Of a stretch of DNA of 45,934 nucleotides, positions 40,003-45,934 are shown in pieces. The notes beneath the pieces were generated by a model that worked only from the letters and a program-made list of their open reading frames with translations, was not told the origin of the DNA and did not search any database. The position numbers and the translations under genes were made by a program. Source of the stretch: an uncultured Gammaproteobacteria bacterium (GTDB lineage: Bacteria > Pseudomonadota > Gammaproteobacteria > Francisellales > CACEW01); NCBI GenBank assembly GCA_964539235.1, contig CAZIIK010000045.1, positions 1 to 45,934 on the forward strand, read 5' to 3'. Positions within the stretch are counted from its first letter, which is position 1; every line of letters starts with the position of its first letter.

Positions 40003-40893
40003 ATGACCACCAAAACGCGTTTACTGATTCTCATCACTCGACTCCTCAGCTGGCTGCCTTTACGCGCCACTGCAGCATTAGGTGCCGGAATTGGCGCACT
40101 GATTTATCGCTGGCCCAACACGCTAAGACACCGTGTCACACGCAATATCACACGCTGTTATCCTGATTTACCACACGCCGCACAACAAGAGCGCATCCGT
40201 GCGACTTTGCAACATACCTTTCGCATGATTCTAGAAATGCCTCGGTCCTGGTGTCGAAATTCCGATACGGTGCTGCAATCGATTAAATCTATACAGGGCG
40301 AAGCAGCGGTACACACTGCATTTGCACGCGGCAAAGGCATTATTCTGCTCGGTCCCCATCTGGGCGCCTGGGAACTTGCCGTGCTGTACCTATCAAAAAG
40401 ATTCCCCATGCATGCCATGTATAAACCGCAAAAAAACCCTGATATCGACCAATTTGTCTTGGCTGCACGCCGCCGTTTAGGCACGCAAATGGTGCCGACA
40501 TCTGCGTCAGGCATTCGCCATTTGTACAAGGCACTCAAAAAAGGCCAGGCCATTGGCATCCTGCCTGACCATGACCCGGGCGATAAAGGTGGCGGTATGT
40601 TTGTACCATTTTTCGGTATTCAAGCTCGCACCATGAGCCTGGTTGCGACGCTGGCACGCAAAACGGGCGCACCGGTATTTTTTGGTTTTATGGAGCGCTT
40701 GCCGCATGGTCAAGGATTTAAAGGCCATTACCTAGAAGCAGATCCACAAATTTATGCAGAAGACCTAACCACAGCACTTACCAGCATGAATAACGACATA
40801 GAACGTTTGGTCAGTATTGCGCCAGAACAATACGAATGGGTGGTGCGTCGCTTTCGCAAACGCCCACCTGGCGAAGCAGATTTTTATGCGTAA
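40003..40893 (+). CDS. lipid A biosynthesis (Kdo)2-lipid IVA acyltransferase, LpxL/HtrB family
   Basis: 296 aa. N-terminal TM segment; HLGAWE (HX4E-type catalytic motif); PDHDPG...GGMFVPFFG; typical LpxL/M/P family layout. Confidence 0.8.
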   Translation: MTTKTRLLILITRLLSWLPLRATAALGAGIGALIYRWPNTLRHRVTRNITRCYPDLPHAAQQERIRATLQHTFRMILEMPRSWCRNSDTVLQSIKSIQGEAAVHTAFARGKGIILLGPHLGAWELAVLYLSKRFPMHAMYKPQKNPDIDQFVLAARRRLGTQMVPTSASGIRHLYKALKKGQAIGILPDHDPGDKGGGMFVPFFGIQARTMSLVATLARKTGAPVFFGFMERLPHGQGFKGHYLEADPQIYAEDLTTALTSMNNDIERLVSIAPEQYEWVVRRFRKRPPGEADFYA

Positions 40894-40938
40894 CAAAAAT
40901 CCGCTATGCTTGTACAAATTGATTAAAATTCAAGCACA

Positions 40939-41916
40939 ATGCAACAACTTACTTTACCACTCTCTCCCACCGCTCAACGCGAAGCACAACAGTGGGCACA
41001 AGCTGATTCCAAGCACCATTTCATCACATTAGAACACATCGACTACCCAGACCTACTGAAGCATATTGCCACGCCACCACCTCAGCTTTATGTCATAGGC
41101 AATCTGGCTTGCCTGCAGTATCCGCAACTCGCGATGGTTGGCAGTCGGCGCATGACACACTACGGCGAAGAAAACGCCTATCAATTTGCACGTGATCTGG
41201 CACAAAAAGGCCTCTTTATCACCAGTGGTTTGGCCTATGTCATCGATGCACAAGCCCACCAGGGCTGTCTTGATGCATTAGGTGCCACTATTGCAGTCTT
41301 GGGTTCTGGCATTGATCAAATCACACCCAAACAACACGTTAAGCTGGCAGAAAAAATTATCGCCACAGGCGGTGCCATTGTATCTGAATTCCCCTTAGGT
41401 ATGCCTGCATTGCCGCATCATTTTCCACAGCGTAATCGGATTATTACCGGTTTAAGTCTCGGTACCTTGGTGGTTGAAGCGACGCTGAAGAGTGGTTCTT
41501 TACTGAGTGCACGTCTGGCGATGGAACAAAATCGTGCTGTTTTTGCAATTCCCGGTTCCATCCACAGCCCGATGAGCAAAGGGTGTCATCAACTGCTGAA
41601 ACAGGGGGCAAAATGCGTGGAATCTTCTGCCGACATCCTGTTAGAACTGTCACCCTTGTTAGCATCTTACATAGACCAACCCACTTCAACGGCTGACTCA
41701 AAAACACCTTCAATGGCACGCCAAACCCTCGATGCTGAGCATATTGCTGTGCTAGAACAAGTTGACTATGATGTCACGCCGGTTGATAGTATAATCCGCC
41801 GCTCCCGCCAACCTGCACAGTTAGTCGCGGGGATTTTATTGACGTTAGAGCTCAACGGATACGTTAGCCATACGGCCGGGGGATACATCAAATGCAAGGA
41901 CACCACGCGTGAATGA
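40939..41916 (+). CDS. dprA: DNA-processing protein DprA (Smf)
   Basis: 325 aa: VGSRRMTHYGEENAYQFARDLAQKGLFITSGLA.VIDAQAH, FPQRNRIITGLS, VVEATLKSGSL. Confidence 0.9.
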   Translation: MQQLTLPLSPTAQREAQQWAQADSKHHFITLEHIDYPDLLKHIATPPPQLYVIGNLACLQYPQLAMVGSRRMTHYGEENAYQFARDLAQKGLFITSGLAYVIDAQAHQGCLDALGATIAVLGSGIDQITPKQHVKLAEKIIATGGAIVSEFPLGMPALPHHFPQRNRIITGLSLGTLVVEATLKSGSLLSARLAMEQNRAVFAIPGSIHSPMSKGCHQLLKQGAKCVESSADILLELSPLLASYIDQPTSTADSKTPSMARQTLDAEHIAVLEQVDYDVTPVDSIIRRSRQPAQLVAGILLTLELNGYVSHTAGGYIKCKDTTRE

Positions 41917-42388
41917 GGCCATCTTAAATCTATTAATTCAATTATTCGATCCAGGTGAAGCCATCGAACGCGCCACACATCACCCTGATGCGCAAGGTAC
42001 TGTATTTTCCTCATTGGTCGACTTAGATGCAGACGATGTTATCACTGCCTTAGAATGGCTCACAGCATTCCGCAAATCTTCTGACACGGTTAGATATGTT
42101 AAAAACGCGTCACGCACTAGCTTTCGCATTTACCCGGCAGAAGAACAACGCAAAATCCCACTCGAAGCGCGGGCTTATATTCAAGCACTCAGCCAAGCCG
42201 GTATCATGGATACGCGCATGCGTGAAAACATCCTTCACCATATTATGGGTATCGACACCCACACGGTTTCATTGAAGCATGTTAAATGGATGATTCTGTT
42301 GGCTTTTTGCCACCAGCATCAATTCGACACACTGGCACAACATATGAATGATTTGGCGGAACAACTCACTCTCCATGAAGAACAGTAA
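41909..42388 (+). CDS. smg: Smg (DUF494) protein
   Basis: 159 aa. Conserved position between dprA and topA; overlaps the dprA stop by 8 nt. Confidence 0.8.
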   Translation: MNEAILNLLIQLFDPGEAIERATHHPDAQGTVFSSLVDLDADDVITALEWLTAFRKSSDTVRYVKNASRTSFRIYPAEEQRKIPLEARAYIQALSQAGIMDTRMRENILHHIMGIDTHTVSLKHVKWMILLAFCHQHQFDTLAQHMNDLAEQLTLHEEQ

Positions 42389-42401
42389 TTGAGGTTGGAT
42401 A

Positions 42402-44687
42402 ATGGCTAAATACGTTGTCGTCGTAGAGTCTCCGGCAAAATCTAAAACCATTAAAAAATATTTAGGCAAGGACTTTGAAATTCTCGCCTCATATGGCCAT
42501 GTACGCGATTTACCGAATAAAAATGGCTCGGTTGAAACCGACAATGATTTTCATATGAATTACGAAATCATTGATCGCAACCGTAAACATGTTGATGCCA
42601 TTGCCAAAGCGATGAAAAAAGCCGAAGCACTGTACCTCGCAACTGACCCGGACCGTGAAGGTGAAGCAATTTCCTGGCATGTGCATGAATTATTGCAGGA
42701 AAAACTTTTACTCAAAGACAAGCCTGTACACCGGATTGTGTTCCACGAAATCACCAAAAAAGCCGTGCAAGACGCGGTTGCCAATCCACGTACATTGTCG
42801 ATGGAACTAATCGATGCACAACGTGCCCGACGCGCATTGGATTACTTAGTCGGTTTTACATTATCGCCTCTATTGTGGAAAAAAATTCGCCGTGGCTTAT
42901 CCGCCGGCCGTGTGCAAAGTCCCGCACTGCGTATGATCGTCGAACGCGAATTAGAAATTGAAAAATTTGTCGCCCAAGAATACTGGACGATTGAAGCTGA
43001 CCTGAGCTACCACAACCAACCGTTTGGCGCCAAACTCATTGAATGGGAAGGCAATAAACTCGAGCAGTTCAGCATTACCAACCAAGCCGATGCTGAACGG
43101 GTACAAAAATGGCTAGAAGAGCATGCAGCTGACAAAACGTTAACGGTACATCATGTTGAGAAAAAACAACGCAAACGCAATCCTGCGGCGCCGTTTATTA
43201 CCTCAACGTTGCAACAAGAAGCCTCACGTAAACTGGGTTTCACCACCCGACGCACCATGCAAATCGCTCAGCAACTATACGAAGGTATTGACCTCGGCCA
43301 GGCCGGCACAGTGGGTTTAATCACCTACATGAGAACCGACTCGGTAACATTGGCGAATGAAGCCGTATTCAGCATTCGTGACTACATTAAGCAACACTAT
43401 GGTGAAGACGCCTTACCCAATTCACCCCGCATGTTCAAAACCAAATCCAAAAACGCACAAGAAGCGCATGAGGCGATTCGCCCAACCGACATTAACTATC
43501 GTCCTGACAACATCCGTGCACAATTAAGCGAAGAGCAATACAAACTGTACAACTTGATTTGGAAGCGCACGCTGGCCTGCCAAATGATCCACGCCACAAT
43601 TAATACCGTTGCCATAGATTTTCTCTGCGGTGAAGGCGCGAAATTTCGGTCTACAGGCTCCACCATTGCTAAGCCAGGCTTTATGCGCGTCTACCAAGAA
43701 AGCCAAGACGATGCCAAGAAAACCGATGAAGAGAAGTTATTACCGCCATTGGCGGTTGGCGATGTCGTCGATCTACTGGGTATTCAAGGTTTACAACATT
43801 TTACTGAACCACCGCCCAGGTTCAGTGAGGCTTCTTTGGTGAAAGCCTTAGAAGAACATGGTATTGGACGCCCATCTACCTACGCAGCGATTATCTCAAC
43901 CTTGCAACAGCGTGAATATGCTGCACTGGAGAAAAAACGTTTTCACCCCAGTGATGTCGGCCGCATTGTGAACCGTTTCCTCACCGAGTATTTCACGCAG
44001 TATGTGGATTATGGATTCACCGCGAAACTCGAAGACGAACTGGATGCCATCTCACGTGGTGAGAAAACCTGGGTGCCGGTCCTAGAACGCTTTTGGCAAC
44101 CATTTACGCAACAAATCAGCACCATTGATGCAACCGTTAAAAAATCAGATGTCACCCATGAACCGTTAGACGAAAAATGCCCAGAATGTGAGGGGCAACT
44201 GTCTATCCGCTTGGGTAAAACCGGTCGCTTTATCGGTTGCAATAATTATCCAGACTGCACCTACACCCGCAATCTAAACGAGGACGCCGAACAAGCCAAG
44301 CCTGAAGTAGTTACCGACCGCACCTGCCCACTGTGTGATTCAGAGCTGCATATCAAAACTGGTCGTTATGGCAAATTCATTGGCTGCAGTGCTTATCCGA
44401 CCTGCAAACACATGGAACCTTTGCACAAACCGAAAAACACAGGCGTGCAATGCCCAGAGTGTAATAAAGGTGAGTTACTCGAACGCAAATCGCGCCGCGG
44501 CAAAGTATTTTATTCCTGCGATCGCTATCCTAAGTGCAAATACGCACTGTGGAATCCACCACTGGCGGAACCTTGCCCGAGCTGTAACTGGCCAATTCTG
44601 ACCATTAAAACGACGAAACGTGCTGGCACACAAAAGGTCTGTCCACAGCCAGACTGTGGTTTTATAGAGGACATGCCGGAGTCTTAA
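42402..44687 (+). CDS. topA: DNA topoisomerase I
   Basis: 761 aa. TOPRIM (VVVESPAKSKTI...DPDREGEAI); active-site GLITYMRTDS; four C-terminal Cys4 zinc ribbons. Confidence 0.96.
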   Translation: MAKYVVVVESPAKSKTIKKYLGKDFEILASYGHVRDLPNKNGSVETDNDFHMNYEIIDRNRKHVDAIAKAMKKAEALYLATDPDREGEAISWHVHELLQEKLLLKDKPVHRIVFHEITKKAVQDAVANPRTLSMELIDAQRARRALDYLVGFTLSPLLWKKIRRGLSAGRVQSPALRMIVERELEIEKFVAQEYWTIEADLSYHNQPFGAKLIEWEGNKLEQFSITNQADAERVQKWLEEHAADKTLTVHHVEKKQRKRNPAAPFITSTLQQEASRKLGFTTRRTMQIAQQLYEGIDLGQAGTVGLITYMRTDSVTLANEAVFSIRDYIKQHYGEDALPNSPRMFKTKSKNAQEAHEAIRPTDINYRPDNIRAQLSEEQYKLYNLIWKRTLACQMIHATINTVAIDFLCGEGAKFRSTGSTIAKPGFMRVYQESQDDAKKTDEEKLLPPLAVGDVVDLLGIQGLQHFTEPPPRFSEASLVKALEEHGIGRPSTYAAIISTLQQREYAALEKKRFHPSDVGRIVNRFLTEYFTQYVDYGFTAKLEDELDAISRGEKTWVPVLERFWQPFTQQISTIDATVKKSDVTHEPLDEKCPECEGQLSIRLGKTGRFIGCNNYPDCTYTRNLNEDAEQAKPEVVTDRTCPLCDSELHIKTGRYGKFIGCSAYPTCKHMEPLHKPKNTGVQCPECNKGELLERKSRRGKVFYSCDRYPKCKYALWNPPLAEPCPSCNWPILTIKTTKRAGTQKVCPQPDCGFIEDMPES

Positions 44688-44693
44688 TCAAAT

Positions 44694-45011
44694 TTAGCTA
44701 GGCTTCCAAATGCCTTGTTTTTTAATAGCTGAGTACATTTCACTAGGCGAAAGATCAATTTCTCCAGGCCATGCAATAGTGCCATATTTGACCCATACTT
44801 TAGAAAATAGTTGCTGATCTGCGAGCGCTTTAAAAACACCGGCTTTGGCACTAAAGATAAGGGATTTCATATCAACTATACCGGAAGTACCATCCATAAA
44901 TTCTACTAAGAGTTGATACCCTGATAAGACCGATACACATCTAACATCATCTGGACTATTGCACACTATCTGAGGGGAGGTATCTTCTTGGGCGCTTGCT
45001 TTTGCTGACAT
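44694..45011 (-). CDS. DUF2442-domain protein
   Basis: Start taken at ATG 45011 (105 aa). CVSVLSGYQLLVEFMDGTSGIVDM...YGTIAWPGEIDLSPSEMY fits the DUF2442 pattern. Downstream partner of a DUF4160 gene. Confidence 0.7.
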   Translation of the reverse strand: MSAKASAQEDTSPQIVCNSPDDVRCVSVLSGYQLLVEFMDGTSGIVDMKSLIFSAKAGVFKALADQQLFSKVWVKYGTIAWPGEIDLSPSEMYSAIKKQGIWKPS

Positions 45012-45226
45012 AATGCCCAATCCTCTAATAACGCATCACGGTGCAAAAGCGCCCATTCTAACACCAGATTTTGAGCGCGCCTTGGCATCTTTGCCGCGAT
45101 GACTTCTAACGTATTGATGTTAACGGTAAGTTTATAATGTGCATAGCGAGCATGGAAGTGTGGCGGCGCATGCTCATTCCAAAACATTTGTATCATGATT
45201 CCATAAAACATACTAAGCGTAGGCAT
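44966..45226 (-). CDS. DUF4160-domain protein
   Basis: 86 aa: MPTLSMFYGIMIQMFWNEHAPPHFHARY...LVLEWALLHRDALLEDW, the characteristic DUF4160 signature. Confidence 0.75.
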   Translation of the reverse strand: MPTLSMFYGIMIQMFWNEHAPPHFHARYAHYKLTVNINTLEVIAAKMPRRAQNLVLEWALLHRDALLEDWALCQQKQAPKKIPPLR

Positions 45227-45334
45227 AAAAAACTCGGAAAACAGAATTGATCAAAAATTATACAATTTTAGGCATTCAATGCAAACACCAAAGCGTTAAC
45301 GTACGCCTTTAGGAGACCCTTGCACGCAGAAATC

Positions 45335-45934
45335 TTAAATAACACTACACGAAAACAACTTATCCGCATCAACATGTTGGCGTAATAAACCGGATAAATA
45401 TTCGCGCATTTTGGCCTCACGCTCAGCACTGTAAGACATATGCCCAGCGCGTGACTCAAACGGCTGGCTGAACAGTTTTTCATCCGGATACAAACGCGCG
45501 ACGCGTGCAAACATTTTTTTCGGGAAACGCAGTGGCCCAATGCTGACAGAATGGATAGCCTCCGGCGATAACACGGTGAAAATTTGTTGGATCAACTCGG
45601 CATAGTGTGCTTTGAAATTGACATCATCGATCAGCGGGTCCAAACGCAATCCCAATGGCCAACCCTGTTCAGCCAACTGTTGCATGGCCTGTAAACGATC
45701 CGCTACGCTGGGCACACCACGCTCATAAGCTGTGGAAATGGGCCGCGGTGTAAAGCTGAATGCGACAATAACCCGCTGGCTCACTGGCTGTTGCAATCGC
45801 TGCGAGCCATGGAGCTTGAAAAGCGAGGCGAGTAGTCCGCGATAGCTGCCGATTTTTTGGGTGAACGGCGGCACAAATGTCGGCGCATATAGCTGACGTA
45901 GTGTGCCAGAGTGAGAACAAAAAATCTTTCGGCA
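45335..45934 (-). CDS. spore-photoproduct-lyase-like (SplB/COG1533) radical-SAM family protein, C-terminal part (gene runs off the right edge)
   Basis: The reading frame stays open upstream of the track start (GTG 45874) through to 45934 (...AERFFCSHSGTLRQLYAPTFVPPFTQKIG). The C-terminal region (GWPLGLRLDPLI...SIGPLRFPKKM) resembles SplB-type DNA repair photolyase-like proteins. The radical-SAM CxxxCxxC motif would lie outside the window. Confidence 0.55.
   Translation of the reverse strand, partial: CRKIFCSHSGTLRQLYAPTFVPPFTQKIGSYRGLLASLFKLHGSQRLQQPVSQRVIVAFSFTPRPISTAYERGVPSVADRLQAMQQLAEQGWPLGLRLDPLIDDVNFKAHYAELIQQIFTVLSPEAIHSVSIGPLRFPKKMFARVARLYPDEKLFSQPFESRAGHMSYSAEREAKMREYLSGLLRQHVDADKLFSCSVI

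Noticed and set aside
45268-45540. 90-aa minus-strand ORF overlapping the 3' end of the SplB-like gene
   Set aside because: It is an alternative frame of a longer, homologous ORF, and its translation is Cys/Leu-rich with no recognisable features.

Overview
A 45.9-kb stretch of gammaproteobacterial chromosome (str-operon tail tuf-fusA-rpsG-rpsL; gyrA-serC-cmk-rpsA; greA, ubiB, uvrD, dusA, fis, dprA-smg-topA), with housekeeping blocks separated by short accessory or poorly characterised segments. I found no rRNA, tRNA, CRISPR array, transposase or integrase. Main observations: (1) three otherwise intact minus-strand genes (a hybrid PAS histidine kinase, cydC, and a ~200-aa SDR) each carry one in-frame TAA at a conserved position best explained as GAA(Glu)->TAA. 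TAA is also the normal terminator of at least 15 genes here, so these look like nonsense pseudogenes or errors rather than recoding. (2) The interrupted kinase is translationally coupled to an unrecognisable 445-aa protein with a cNMP-binding-like segment. (3) An orphan locus downstream of dusA holds two overlapping membrane-protein ORFs (probably one frameshifted gene with an AGR-codon-rich, Trp-rich tail), plus an Arc-like RHH protein and an acidic 131-aa partner. (4) A plus-strand cluster holds a TPP enzyme and an SSADH-type aldehyde dehydrogenase (like the cyanobacterial 2-oxoglutarate decarboxylase bypass), then a TGT homologue with a changed preQ1-pocket motif coupled to trpC. (5) A FosA-like gene sits in an AsmA-like/marR/fosA operon next to rpsL. 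(6) Several palindromic MITE/REP-like intergenic elements are present. (7) Two exact tandem 24-bp palindromic operator-like sites lie upstream of a DUF4143 AAA ATPase. All calls come from reading the translations and sequence by eye; no database search was run.
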